Made by a program: the position numbers and the translations under genes
The notes under the pieces: model-generated
Told to the model about the DNA's origin: nothing
Database searches by the model: none
Seen by the model: the letters and a program-made list of their open reading frames with translations, nothing else
In this document: positions 9,506 through 19,153 of the stretch, in pieces
Layout of the letters: each line of letters begins with the position of its first letter
Position numbering within the stretch: the first letter of the stretch is position 1
Source of the DNA: Abditibacterium sp.
Lineage (GTDB): Bacteria; Armatimonadota; Abditibacteriia; Abditibacteriales; Abditibacteriaceae
Reading direction: 5' to 3'
DNA length: 64,000 nucleotides
Assembly (NCBI GenBank): GCA_965199495.1
Contig: CBDASK010000003.1
Location: 576,001 to 640,000, forward strand

Positions 9506-10987
9506 CTATGGTTGGGGCAAATTGGGCACGAAATGACCCTGGCGCGTGTTGCCGATCCATTCCCATTTGAGGTTGTCTTTGGCGCCCGCTTGTTGCGGCA
9601 CGTCGGAACGATAGGCGGCCCACATCGCATCTACAAAAGCATCGTGGGAGTGGCCTTCGCTTTTGGGACGCGGCGTGGCTCCTCGTCCGGCGGCGTAATC
9701 GTCTTGTTGAGCCATCCATCGGTCGCTATAATCAAAAAACGCATCGTGATTCCACAGGGCTTTGGCGCCCATCAGTTCCACGGCGAGCGCGGTTCCCGGA
9801 TAACCGCCCGATACGACGGTGCGATAGCCTTCGGATTTCTTGTCGCTATCGTTCCAGGTCGTCGGGTCTTTTTCTTCATAGGGCTGGCGCGGAAACGTGT
9901 GGTAGGCCATTTGGTAGAGCGCCTTCTGGGCCGCCGCGCCCTGACCGAAATAGGTCTGCTGGTCTTCGGAGAAAAGCGTTGTGGAAGCCAATTTTTGCAG
10001 GTCTTGATCGCCCAGCATCAAACCGGCGAACATCAGCGGCCACTTGCGTCCGTTCCAATGGCCGCCGTCGGCGCTCCACTCGCGGCCCGACCGGGCCAAA
10101 CCGCCGGTATCAATGCCGAATTGCACGAATTCAACCATCAATTTTTGTTTGCGCGAGGGCGGCACATCGAGCATCAGCATCAGCGAGGCAATCGAACCGA
10201 CGCGCGAGAATTCGCGCCCGTAGTTCGCCTGATTTTCGTAAGGCCCGGTATCCTGAAAATACCATGCTTCGATGTGATCGAGCCACGGGCGCTGAAAATA
10301 ACGCTCGTATTGCTCCCACGAAGGCCCATCCTTCACCTGTTTCAACTGCGGCAGGATGTCCCATTTGATGTTCTTGGTTTCGTAGATTGGCTTTTGAGTC
10401 CCGGCATAGGGCGGGCGAAAGGCGTCGGCGGGCGGCGCGGAGGGCAAACAGGTCAGGATCGCCGCACTCTGCAAGGCGGCGGGGCCAGTTTTCTCCTTTG
10501 TCCACATCATCGGCGCGAGCAGCATCGGCGCGGGAAAGATCTCGTTGCTGATGGTCGAAATCAGCGATTGGTTGGGCTGCAAAGCCACAGGATAAGCGAC
10601 CGTGAGTTCGGGCTTGTAGTTTTTGAGCCGTGAGTCGTAACCCTGATTTGGCCCCGGTTTATCCACAATCATCGAGCCGTTTCGCAAGCGGTCGTCATCC
10701 TGCATGGCGACGGCGCCATAGATGCTTTTCACGGTGTCAATGCCCGCGCCAACCGTCGTCATAGAGCCAGAAACGGGGGTCACGCTTTCGACTTTGACCG
10801 GCCCAACGACCCAGTAATCGCCTGTGACGAATTGGCCCACGGGATACGGTTTATCAAAGTGCCAGGTGATGCCATATTGCGTGATTTCCTGCGCGTTTTC
10901 GGCGTGCGCCGGGAAGTTATGAAACAGGAAGATTCCTGCCAGAGCGATAGCAGTTGTTGTCAAAGGAATTTGAAATTTGAGATTCAT
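9506..10987 (-). CDS. Secreted hypothetical protein (possibly carbohydrate-active)
   Basis: Signal peptide (…PAHA|EN); conserved-looking QYGITWHFDKPYPVGQFVTGDYWVVGPV; adjacent to a polysaccharide deacetylase. Confidence 0.75.
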   Translation of the reverse strand: MNLKFQIPLTTTAIALAGIFLFHNFPAHAENAQEITQYGITWHFDKPYPVGQFVTGDYWVVGPVKVESVTPVSGSMTTVGAGIDTVKSIYGAVAMQDDDRLRNGSMIVDKPGPNQGYDSRLKNYKPELTVAYPVALQPNQSLISTISNEIFPAPMLLAPMMWTKEKTGPAALQSAAILTCLPSAPPADAFRPPYAGTQKPIYETKNIKWDILPQLKQVKDGPSWEQYERYFQRPWLDHIEAWYFQDTGPYENQANYGREFSRVGSIASLMLMLDVPPSRKQKLMVEFVQFGIDTGGLARSGREWSADGGHWNGRKWPLMFAGLMLGDQDLQKLASTTLFSEDQQTYFGQGAAAQKALYQMAYHTFPRQPYEEKDPTTWNDSDKKSEGYRTVVSGGYPGTALAVELMGAKALWNHDAFFDYSDRWMAQQDDYAAGRGATPRPKSEGHSHDAFVDAMWAAYRSDVPQQAGAKDNLKWEWIGNTRQGHFVPNLPQP

Positions 10988-11034
10988 GGCGGTGAATGTA
11001 GGCGAGAGAACGGACGTAAGTTTTCTTTGTAGAG

Positions 11035-12168
11035 TTAATTTTTCAGCAGCGCTTGTCCCTTATCGGGAACCGCTTTGACCAGCGCGTATTTCGCTCCGTC
11101 GTGTTCGACGACGCTCGCCGAAATCGCTTTAGAGTTTTGCGTTGCGGTCACGGTATTCCAGCCATCGGGCAAGCGCACTTTGACCGTCAAGGGAGTATTG
11201 AAAGCATCGTCAGCCATGCGATCTGTGAGCGTGAAAGCGATGTGGTCGCTCGTGTTTTCCTCGACTTTGAGCGTGGCGGTATCGCGTTCCTGCCCGTAGA
11301 GCGCGACATCTCCGAACTGGCCGAGCCACAAATCGTCGCGTTTGGCGTCGATGAAATCAAAAAGCGGTTGAACTTTTGCCGGGTCGCCGACGCGGTGGAA
11401 AAGCTGGATGCTCCAACCGCGATAATAAAGGTTTTTCGGCTCAAAGAGTTTGTAGGGATCGGCCCAGGGCGCTTTCAGGTTGCCAACGTTCACCGAACTC
11501 ACGGAATTGGTTCTCATGTAGGAGATTTTGTTGGCCGCGTTCAGCGTGCCCACGTTTCCGCGAGCGGCGTTGTAATACTTGGCGGCCACGGCGGGATCAT
11601 TGTTGTCCGAGCCTTTGCCGCCGGGATAAGCGAGAAAGCGGACTTTATGCCCCGGAAGATTGGCGTCAAGTTGATCTTGAGAATGGGCGTATTCCCAGTC
11701 AATGCCTTTCCAACCCGGCCCCGTATCTTTGAAATGCGTGACGGAGTGCGATTCGACATTTTGCCCCTCTTTGAGAACTCGCGCCCACAAAGCCCAAGTG
11801 CCCCCATAAGATTCTTGAGGCGTAACATTTCCGCTAATGACGAACCACGTCACCGGAAATTTGTAGGCCTTGGTTTTTTCTAGCCACCAGTCCACGTCCG
11901 GCGCCGAGTTGTCGTCCACCGTCACGCTGAGAGCAACGAGCTTGTCGTCGTCCCACAGACAAATCGAGGCGTTACCGGCCTTTTCGGGCCAGACTTTATC
12001 GGTGATTTTGAAGCGCGGATTTTTCGGGACTTCGGCCAAATTCATCAATTGATTGCCTGGGGCAGGAGCGGGCGACGCGGCAGGTCTGTCTCCGGTTATT
12101 GGTTCGGCATGCAAGGCACAAGACGAAACCAGAAGGGACAGGGGAATTAGCCGGGTGAGAGATTTCAT
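11035..12168 (-). CDS. Secreted polysaccharide deacetylase (NodB/CE4-like)
   Basis: Motifs SVTVDD, SHSVTH, LAYPGG, LFH. Signal peptide from MKSLTRLIPL (start chosen at M16 of the ORF). Confidence 0.8.
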   Translation of the reverse strand: MKSLTRLIPLSLLVSSCALHAEPITGDRPAASPAPAPGNQLMNLAEVPKNPRFKITDKVWPEKAGNASICLWDDDKLVALSVTVDDNSAPDVDWWLEKTKAYKFPVTWFVISGNVTPQESYGGTWALWARVLKEGQNVESHSVTHFKDTGPGWKGIDWEYAHSQDQLDANLPGHKVRFLAYPGGKGSDNNDPAVAAKYYNAARGNVGTLNAANKISYMRTNSVSSVNVGNLKAPWADPYKLFEPKNLYYRGWSIQLFHRVGDPAKVQPLFDFIDAKRDDLWLGQFGDVALYGQERDTATLKVEENTSDHIAFTLTDRMADDAFNTPLTVKVRLPDGWNTVTATQNSKAISASVVEHDGAKYALVKAVPDKGQALLKN

Positions 12169-12247
12169 TTTGATCGGATGGAAGTATGATGGAGCTGTGA
12201 GTAAAGAGTTCAATCAGAGGATTGAACTCTTTATAGTTGTTTTGGGT

Positions 12248-12679
12248 TCAAAATTGAATCATTGAATTCCACTTCGATTGTGCAACGGTGCAGCGTCGCG
12301 TCGTTTCTCGCTCAACGAGTTCGACCGGAAATGTTTCACGATGAGCGGGATGTGCCCCGACGTGGCTGCGTTCTTCGGTCAGCAACTGCACGGCGCGCCG
12401 CCCCATTTCTTGGCGGGAAAAACGAATTGAAGTCAGGCCGGGCGCCAAGGCGTATTGAGCAGCCACGTCGAAGCCAATGACACTCGCGTCTTCGGGCACT
12501 CGCAGACCACTCTCTTGCAAGGCTCGAATCGCACCCATCGCGACCATATCGTTGTGGCAGACCAACGCCGTGAAGGGCCATGTTTTTTCGCGGCTCAGGC
12601 GTTCGAGCATTTTTTGCATGGTGGCGTGGCTCGAAGGCACTCCCAGAGAAATGAGGGTTTGTTCGTGCGTTCCTCTCAT
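12248..12679 (-). pseudogene. C-terminal fragment of a LacI/GntR-type sugar-binding regulator
   Basis: TALVCHNDMVAMGAIRALQESGLRVPEDASVIGFD...LTSI...VELVERETT is the LacI C-terminal domain. No HTH or N-terminal half is present before the kinase gene ends 75 bp upstream. Confidence 0.75.
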
Positions 12680-12753
12680 TTCATCGCTCCACGCGTTGGA
12701 GTAAAGATCAAAAGATCGGTCGCTGGGAGTTTAAACCTCTTCTTCCAAATATA

Positions 12754-14103
12754 TCAGACTTCACTTTTGCTTTTGCAGGGCGTTTGCCCTGAGAATTCTA
12801 CCCGCGCCAACACGCCGTTTTCGTGTTGGCTCAGTTCGACTTGCCAATTGTTGGCGCGCGCGAGGGCCGCCACAATCGAAAGCCCCAATCCGTTGCCGCC
12901 GGTTTGCGAATTGCGCGCTTCGTCGGGCCGAAAAAACGGCTCGAACCAAGCGGACAAATCGGTTTCTGCGGGCAATTCGCAGGCGTTCCACATGCGCAAT
13001 TGTGCGCCCCTTTGTTGGGCGTGAATTTCCAATTGCAACACGCTATCGGGCGTCGCGTATTTGACGGCGTTTTCCAGCAGATTGCGCAACAGCATTTCGA
13101 CGTGAGCGGGCGGCGCCTCGATTTCGATTTCTTCCAAACGCGTTTCCAAATGCAAACCGCGCGCTTCTATAATCTCGCATTGTTGCATCAACGCGTTTTG
13201 CGCGCATTGTCGCAAATCGAGCGGCGCGGGCGCGGTTTGCACCTGGCGCATTTCGAGCGCGTTGAGCTGCAATAAGTCCTGCACCAACGATTTCAGGCGC
13301 TTGGTTTCGCCGTGAACCTGGCCCAGCGCCTCGCGATAAAACGGGCCGGAGCGTGGGCGCGTAAGCGTCACTTCGACTTCGCCCAACAGCGCCTGAATCG
13401 GCGTGCGCAGTTCGTGCGAAGCCGCCGCGTAAAACCGCCCGCGCGCCTGCGCTTCGTGTTCGAGGCGCTCCAACAGACCGTTGAGCGTGCGCGTGAGATG
13501 CAGCATTTCGGCGTCGCTTGAGGGCGCGTGCAGTCGCACCGCCAGACTTTCGATGGACGCGTTTTGCGCTTGCTCGGCCAATTTATCGAGCGGCGACAGC
13601 GTCCTGCCGACGATGAGCCACGCCGCCAAAGTCGTCGCGCTGATGACGAATAAACTCAACTGCCACAGCGCGACAGAAGTTTCGTGCAAATCTTCGGCAA
13701 CCGGCGCGAAGTCGCGCGCCAGAATTAAGGTTTGTCCGCCCTGCGAAACCTGCGCGGTGCGCCAGTTCGCGCCGACGTTGGGCCAATTGGGGACGTGGCT
13801 GCGCGAACGCCACAACACGCGGTTGTCCTTGTTTTGCACGACGAGCATCGCCAGCCCGCCCGCCGCGATTTCGTTGGAATCGGAAGTTACCGACTTCAGC
13901 AAAGTGCGTTGCTCCGGCGCGTCTCCATCAATTTCATCGTGCGCGCGTTCGCGCGCGACCGCCAGAATCTCGCGCGAACGTTTTTCGGCGCGGCGCGTTT
14001 CGTGGCGCTGCACGGCGACGGCGCTCACGCCCATCATAAGCGCGACAAACAGCGCGAACAACGCCGTTACACGCGCCCGTATCGAACGAAATTTGGCGTT
14101 CAT
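12754..14103 (-). CDS. Sensor histidine kinase (HAMP-HisKA-HATPase)
   Basis: Two TM segments; ASHELRTP H-box, NLLENAVKY N-box, GGNGLGLSIV G2-box. Confidence 0.95.
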   Translation of the reverse strand: MNAKFRSIRARVTALFALFVALMMGVSAVAVQRHETRRAEKRSREILAVARERAHDEIDGDAPEQRTLLKSVTSDSNEIAAGGLAMLVVQNKDNRVLWRSRSHVPNWPNVGANWRTAQVSQGGQTLILARDFAPVAEDLHETSVALWQLSLFVISATTLAAWLIVGRTLSPLDKLAEQAQNASIESLAVRLHAPSSDAEMLHLTRTLNGLLERLEHEAQARGRFYAAASHELRTPIQALLGEVEVTLTRPRSGPFYREALGQVHGETKRLKSLVQDLLQLNALEMRQVQTAPAPLDLRQCAQNALMQQCEIIEARGLHLETRLEEIEIEAPPAHVEMLLRNLLENAVKYATPDSVLQLEIHAQQRGAQLRMWNACELPAETDLSAWFEPFFRPDEARNSQTGGNGLGLSIVAALARANNWQVELSQHENGVLARVEFSGQTPCKSKSEV

Positions 14104-14113
14104 TTATTTCAGT

Positions 14114-14779
14114 CTATTTCAGTCCCAAACGGTAGCCGACGCCGCGCGAAGTGTGAATGAGCGGCTCGCGGCCCCTGTCAATTTTGGCGCGCAGATAACC
14201 GATGTAAACGTCCAAAACGTTGTCCTGCCCAGCGAAATCGTATTGCCAGACGTGATCTAAAATAACGGAGCGTGGCACCGTTTTCCCCGCGTTTCGCATC
14301 AGATATTCCAGCAGCGAATACTCGGTTGCCGAAAGCCGAATATCTTTCCCATCGCGATGGGCAAAACGGGTGTCGGTATCGAGCGTCAAGTCGCCGACTT
14401 GCAGCCGCGTCGTGCCCGGATCGTCGCGCCGCAACAGCGCCCGCATCCGCGCTAAAATTTCGGCGACGTGAAACGGTTTGCAGACGTAATCATCGGCGCC
14501 CGCGTCCAAACCGGCGATTTTGTCTTCCAAAGTATCGCGCGCGGTGATAATCAAAATCAGCGATTTGACGCGCGCCTCGCGCAGCGCGCGGCAGACTTCG
14601 AGTCCGTTCATGCCGGGCAGCATTACGTCCAATAAAATCAAATCAAAACCCTGATTTTTGGCGACGGATAACGCGCGCGCGCCATTGGCCTCGACGTGCG
14701 GCGCGTAACCCGCTTCCTCGCACGCGCGCCGCAGAAAACGCGATACGCCCGGCTCGTCCTCGACAATTAAAACTTTCAT
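14114..14779 (-). CDS. OmpR-family response regulator (CusR/IrlR-like)
   Basis: VLIVEDE, LLDVMLPG, GADDYVCKPF; winged helix ending RGVGY. Confidence 0.95.
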   Translation of the reverse strand: MKVLIVEDEPGVSRFLRRACEEAGYAPHVEANGARALSVAKNQGFDLILLDVMLPGMNGLEVCRALREARVKSLILIITARDTLEDKIAGLDAGADDYVCKPFHVAEILARMRALLRRDDPGTTRLQVGDLTLDTDTRFAHRDGKDIRLSATEYSLLEYLMRNAGKTVPRSVILDHVWQYDFAGQDNVLDVYIGYLRAKIDRGREPLIHTSRGVGYRLGLK

Positions 14780-14795
14780 GATGCTGGATAATTTA

Positions 14796-14829
14796 CAAAA
14801 GGCTCTCGCCGCGTGGCGGGAGCCTTTTG
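14796..14829. terminator. Intrinsic terminator-like hairpin after the PepSY gene
   Basis: caaaaggctctcgcc-gcgt-ggcgggagccttttg. Confidence 0.65.
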
Positions 14830-14846
14830 AAGTGAAAACAAAGAGA

Positions 14847-15233
14847 TCAATCTTTGTCGGTTTCGCCCTGCTCGTTCATTTCGCCTTTTTCGCCCGCTTC
14901 GTCGGCTTCTTTTTCCTTCTCGTCGTCGGCTTCGACAGCGATGACTTTGCCGGTGGCTGCGTTGACGCCGACTTCGTATTTTTTGCCATCGCTGGCGACG
15001 ATTTCGACATCCACTTTGGTGACACCGTTTTCGGTTTCCATTGCGACGCCCGCCACATTACCGGCTTTGGCTTTGGCCGCCGTGTTGATGGCGCGCGTGA
15101 CGGTCGTGGCTGGCAAGGCGACTTCGGTTTCAGATTCGCCGCCGCCCGCGAAGGCGATGCCCGCGACCGCACCCGAAATCGCGACGACGCCAATGGCGCT
15201 CCACAGAATGCTTTTTTTGTTGAATTGTTTCAT
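14847..15233 (-). CDS. PepSY-domain secreted protein
   Basis: Signal peptide; AINTAAKAKAGNV...VEIVASDGKKYEVGVNAATGKVI. Confidence 0.85.
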   Translation of the reverse strand: MKQFNKKSILWSAIGVVAISGAVAGIAFAGGGESETEVALPATTVTRAINTAAKAKAGNVAGVAMETENGVTKVDVEIVASDGKKYEVGVNAATGKVIAVEADDEKEKEADEAGEKGEMNEQGETDKD

Positions 15234-15291
15234 GATGTGTTGCGTTGACCTGCTTGGCGGGTCGAACGTGTCGCAAGTATCGGCGCCGAAT

Positions 15292-15366
15292 CTGAGAGTT
15301 ATCTAAGCGCAAGTTAAGAATTTTTCGGTCGGTTTCGGCGAGCATTTATTCTGAACGAATTCTTAG
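15292..15366. promoter_or_regulatory. 11-bp phased direct-repeat boxes (candidate response-regulator sites)
   Basis: ctgag 15292, ctaag 15303, ttaag 15314; opposite-orientation ctgaa 15351 / cttag 15362 in the divergent intergenic region. Confidence 0.5.
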
Positions 15367-15434
15367 GCGCGGGCAGCGAGAACAAAGCATAACTTGAAGC
15401 CACTCTCGCACGGCGGAACTCGCCAGCCACCACC

Positions 15435-16454
15435 ATGACTTTCCAATTATCATCGCAGCGCGCGCGCCAACTCGCCGCGCTCTACGTCAGCGCGACCTGC
15501 TCTTTGACGTTTTCCCATTGCGCGTTGGCTCAAACCGCCACGCTCAAAGCGCCGCTCGTCGCGCAAATGCCCATCGCCGTGGCTGGTGGCATGGGGCGCT
15601 TCGATTTGCTCGAAACCGATGCGGCCAATCACCGGTTGCTGGTGCCGCACGGCGGCAACGGCTCGCTCGATATTTTTGATTTATCCACCGGTTTGCTCAT
15701 CAAGCAAATCGCGACCGGCGGCGCTAACGGCGTGGCGATTGACGCGCGCGACGGCAAGTATTATGTCGGCGCGGGCGATGCCAACGCGGTCGTCGTGATA
15801 GATAGCCAGACTTTGGCGGTCGTTGTAACCATTCCGCTCGGCGGCCCGGTTGACGCGATGGCTTTTGATTCCAAGCGCGGCATCGTCTACGCCGGACACG
15901 ACGACGGCACGCAAGTTTGGGCGATTGACACTGCGACCGATAAATTGGTCAACACCATCACTGTGCCCGAAGGCCCGGAAATCGTCGAATACGATCCGCA
16001 GACCGACCGCGTTTATCAAAACATCAAGTCTTCGCCACTGATGTTGGTGATTGACCCGCAAACGCGCGCTATCGAATCGCGCGTGGACACGTCGCCAGCA
16101 GGCGCACCGCACGGTCTGGCGATTGATTTTGCGTCGGGCCATCTCTTCACCGTCGGCGACGGCAAGCTCGCCGAAATTGATTTGAAAACCAATAAAGTCA
16201 TCGCCCTCGCCGATGTCGCGGCGCGCGTTGACCAAATCGCGTTCGACCCAACGCACAAACGAATTTACTGCGCGAGCGGAAGCGGAACTTTGTCGGTCGT
16301 GCAGGAAACCGCGACGGGCATGACCAATCTGGGCGAAGCAGCCACGGCGCGTGGCTGCCATTCGGTGACGGTTGATCCAACGACCGGCGCGGTCTGGGTG
16401 GCCTACGGCGAGAAGGTCGGCGGCGCGATCCTGAAATTGGTGCCGACCGATTAG
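15435..16454 (+). CDS. YncE/YVTN-family beta-propeller secreted protein
   Basis: Signal peptide; repeated P-x-x-x-A-x-D blades (GPVDAMAFD, GPEIVEYD, APHGLAID). Confidence 0.85.
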   Translation: MTFQLSSQRARQLAALYVSATCSLTFSHCALAQTATLKAPLVAQMPIAVAGGMGRFDLLETDAANHRLLVPHGGNGSLDIFDLSTGLLIKQIATGGANGVAIDARDGKYYVGAGDANAVVVIDSQTLAVVVTIPLGGPVDAMAFDSKRGIVYAGHDDGTQVWAIDTATDKLVNTITVPEGPEIVEYDPQTDRVYQNIKSSPLMLVIDPQTRAIESRVDTSPAGAPHGLAIDFASGHLFTVGDGKLAEIDLKTNKVIALADVAARVDQIAFDPTHKRIYCASGSGTLSVVQETATGMTNLGEAATARGCHSVTVDPTTGAVWVAYGEKVGGAILKLVPTD

Positions 16455-16472
16455 AAACTTCAAAAGCTGATT

Positions 16473-17315
16473 TTAGCTGGGTATCGCGCCGACCATTTCG
16501 CCGTTGGCACGTTTGGCGCGCGCATCTTGGATCGAGGTATAAACCACCAGACCGACCAAAATCACCGCCAAAATCGCCGATGAACCGATGGTTCCGAAAC
16601 CCAAACCGCCTTGGTCGGGCGTTTTGGTGAGCAAATCGCCAAAAGTCGCGCCAAATGGGCGCGTCAACACAAACGCCGCCCAAAACAGGCCGATGCGCGA
16701 AATCGCAGTGAAACGGCCCAGCGCGATAATCAGCAACAAAACGCCCGAAATCAGCGCGGCGCCGCCCAGAAATCCAAGCCCCGTATCGTCGACCAGAAAA
16801 TCTCCGGCGGCGGTGCCCAACGTATTGGAAAACAGAATCGCGACCCAATAAAACGTTTCGGCGCGCGAGGTGTTAATGTTCTCGACCGACAGCGTTTTCT
16901 CGGTCGCGCGCCAGATTACTAAAGTGGTGACCAGACAAAAAATGAGAATCGCGGAGCCAGTGGCGTAGCCCAAACCGAGCGTTCTGTCCATGAAGTCGGA
17001 CATCGTGGTGCCCGCCGTCGAGGTCGCCAGAATCACCGTCCAATAAAGCGCCGGATGAAAATGGCGCGACTTCAGTTGGGCCACGAGCGTGACGGCGAAA
17101 ATGCTCAATAATACCAGCGAACTGATGGCGTAGCCGACATTGAGCGTCATCGAAAACAAATCGCCCGCCGTTTCACCCAAAGTTGTGGCAGCGATTTTCA
17201 TCACCCAGAACAACGCCGTGACTTTGGCGACTTTGTTCACATAGTCTTTAGCGACAGCGCCGCCCGGCGCCGGATCAACTTGTGTCGTGGAAGTCAGCGG
17301 TTGAGAATTGGACAT
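16473..17315 (-). CDS. COG4705/DUF347 membrane protein
   Basis: KVAKVTALFWVMKIAATTLGETAGD, LGTAAGD, LTRPFGATFGD. Confidence 0.85.
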   Translation of the reverse strand: MSNSQPLTSTTQVDPAPGGAVAKDYVNKVAKVTALFWVMKIAATTLGETAGDLFSMTLNVGYAISSLVLLSIFAVTLVAQLKSRHFHPALYWTVILATSTAGTTMSDFMDRTLGLGYATGSAILIFCLVTTLVIWRATEKTLSVENINTSRAETFYWVAILFSNTLGTAAGDFLVDDTGLGFLGGAALISGVLLLIIALGRFTAISRIGLFWAAFVLTRPFGATFGDLLTKTPDQGGLGFGTIGSSAILAVILVGLVVYTSIQDARAKRANGEMVGAIPS

Positions 17316-17407
17316 AAATTAAAACGATATGTAAGATTCACCTCCATTTCTTTAACAGTCAAACCCAAAATTGGAAGTAGAGGCAAGTCTCGCCCTTGAA
17401 TAACTAA

Positions 17408-17585
17408 GAGTTACGCAGTTGGCCTGCGTTTGTCATTTCGAGCTTGCCGAGAAATCTTGTGGCCCCGCGCCAGCGGAAATGACGCGTGAGTTTGAACGTA
17501 AAAATGGCTTTTACTTGCGCTGCCGCGCGGGCGTAAGATTTCTCGGCAAGCTCGAAATGACAAACGCAGGCCAACTGCGTAACTC
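17408..17585. repeat. Long inverted repeat / MITE-like element (51-bp perfect arms)
   Basis: gagttacgcagttggcctgcgtttgtcatttcgagcttgccgagaaatctt (17408-17458) and its exact reverse complement (17535-17585). Confidence 0.9.
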
Positions 17586-17593
17586 CTAATAAC

Positions 17594-18337
17594 TTAAAAC
17601 GATTGGGAAAAGCTCATTCCGGTCACGCGATTATCGGGCGCAGTTTGATGGATGAACGGGCGCAGCAGCAAACCGCGATTTTGGTGCAATTCCCAGCGCG
17701 CGGTGAAAAATCCCAGCGCGGCTCCGGCGATGACATCGTGGGTGTAATGGCGATGCAGCGTCACGCGCGAGGCGGCAATGGCGGTCGCTCCGGCATACCA
17801 GAAAATCGCCTGTTTGGGATGATAATGTGATTGCATCGTCGCCACGGCAAACGCTGCCGTCGCGTGGCCCGATGGAAATGATTCGCGGTTGCTACCATCG
17901 GGCCGCTTCTCGCGCACGATGCGCTTCAAACCTTCGGAAAACAGCGTCGAAACAACCAGCGCATCGGCGGTGCGCAGCGAATGTTGCGCGCCGTCTTTGC
18001 CGTCTTCAACGAGCGGCAATAAAGTGCCCGCGCCCAGAAACAAAATGTTGCCCGTGCCCGACGCGAACTTGGCCCACGACGGATCGTGTCCGTTGGTGCG
18101 ATTCAGTTGCAAGCCCTCCGTAATCGTCGCGGCATCGGGCAACGCGAGCGCGGATGATGTTAACGAGAGCGCGGTTTCGCCCGCGAAGTTGGAGAGCGCG
18201 GGCGTAGAAATAGCGGGAGCAGCGATAGTGGGTTCGGAAGTTTGCGCGTGCGCGATAGTGATAGGAGCAACAGCAGCCAGCACCATCGCGGTGGCGAGAG
18301 AAGAAAAATGTTTCACGACGCGCCGCAGTCTATGCAC
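17594..18337 (-). CDS. PAP2-family phosphatase (exported; start uncertain)
   Basis: KRIVREKRP, SFPSGH, SRVTLHRHYTHDV motifs. Confidence 0.9.
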   Translation of the reverse strand: MHRLRRVVKHFSSLATAMVLAAVAPITIAHAQTSEPTIAAPAISTPALSNFAGETALSLTSSALALPDAATITEGLQLNRTNGHDPSWAKFASGTGNILFLGAGTLLPLVEDGKDGAQHSLRTADALVVSTLFSEGLKRIVREKRPDGSNRESFPSGHATAAFAVATMQSHYHPKQAIFWYAGATAIAASRVTLHRHYTHDVIAGAALGFFTARWELHQNRGLLLRPFIHQTAPDNRVTGMSFSQSF

Positions 18338-18342
18338 GCAAT

Positions 18343-18380
18343 CTAAGCGAAAGCTGAAAGTTGATTAAGAAATTCCTCAG
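18343..18380. promoter_or_regulatory. 11-bp phased direct-repeat boxes
   Basis: ctaag 18343, ctgaa 18354, ttaag 18365, ctcag 18376. Confidence 0.5.
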
Positions 18381-18388
18381 AGCAAACG

Positions 18389-19036
18389 CTAATTTTTGCC
18401 GAATAAGATCGTCAGCAAAGCGACCCATGCCAGCGACGCCATCCAACCCGCCAGAATGTCCGAGGGATAATGCACGCCCAGATACAAACGCGATAATCCG
18501 ACCGCCAGCACGAACAAAACGCCCAACGCGCACCCTACGCGCTTGGCGTGAATGTTGGCCTCGCTTTTCCACAGCAGCACCAGAGCCGTCGCAACAAAGG
18601 CGCTCGACAGCATGGCGTGGCCACTGGGAAAGCTGTAATCGTGTTCGGGCGAAAGCGAAATCCATAAATCGGGCCGCGCCCGCGCGAAAATCGCTTTGGC
18701 CACCAAGTTCAAAGCCGCCGCGCCGCCCATTGAAATCAGCACGAAACGCAGATGGCGGCGCTGCTTTGTAAACCACAACAGCGCGCACCAAACAGCAGCC
18801 ACGCCGAGCAAAGCGCCGCCGCCGATGAGCGTAAAACCCAGCATCGTGGCATCGAGAAATCCGTTGGAATGCGCGTGCAGCCACAACAGCGTCGGCGTAT
18901 CATAGCGAAAGGTTTCGCGCGTTAAAATGTCTTCGCCCAACGCAGCGAAAACTAATAATGGCAGCGCGACCAACAGCCACGCGCCCAGCAAATTCCATTT
19001 CGACGTGTTTTCACGTCCAGTTCCGATAAATTTCAA
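18389..19036 (-). CDS. PAP2-family membrane phosphatase (undecaprenyl-PP phosphatase-like)
   Basis: KAIFARARP, YSFPSGHA, SRLYLGVHYPSDILAG. Confidence 0.92.
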   Translation of the reverse strand: MKFIGTGRENTSKWNLLGAWLLVALPLLVFAALGEDILTRETFRYDTPTLLWLHAHSNGFLDATMLGFTLIGGGALLGVAAVWCALLWFTKQRRHLRFVLISMGGAAALNLVAKAIFARARPDLWISLSPEHDYSFPSGHAMLSSAFVATALVLLWKSEANIHAKRVGCALGVLFVLAVGLSRLYLGVHYPSDILAGWMASLAWVALLTILFGKN

Positions 19037-19058
19037 TATTCGTCCTTTTATTTTGTGG

Positions 19059-19129
19059 GGCGGGACTTACGTCCACTTCCAATCGGGTAACGAGCCAACC
19101 CAAGATTGGAAGTGGGCGTAAGTCCCGCC
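19059..19129. repeat. REP-like inverted repeat (26-bp arms, 1 mismatch)
   Basis: ggcgggacttacgtccacttccaatc (19059-19084) vs gattggaagtgggcgtaagtcccgcc (19104-19129). Confidence 0.8.
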
Positions 19130-19153
19130 TGCGAAGCTGGTTTGCGCCGCGAT

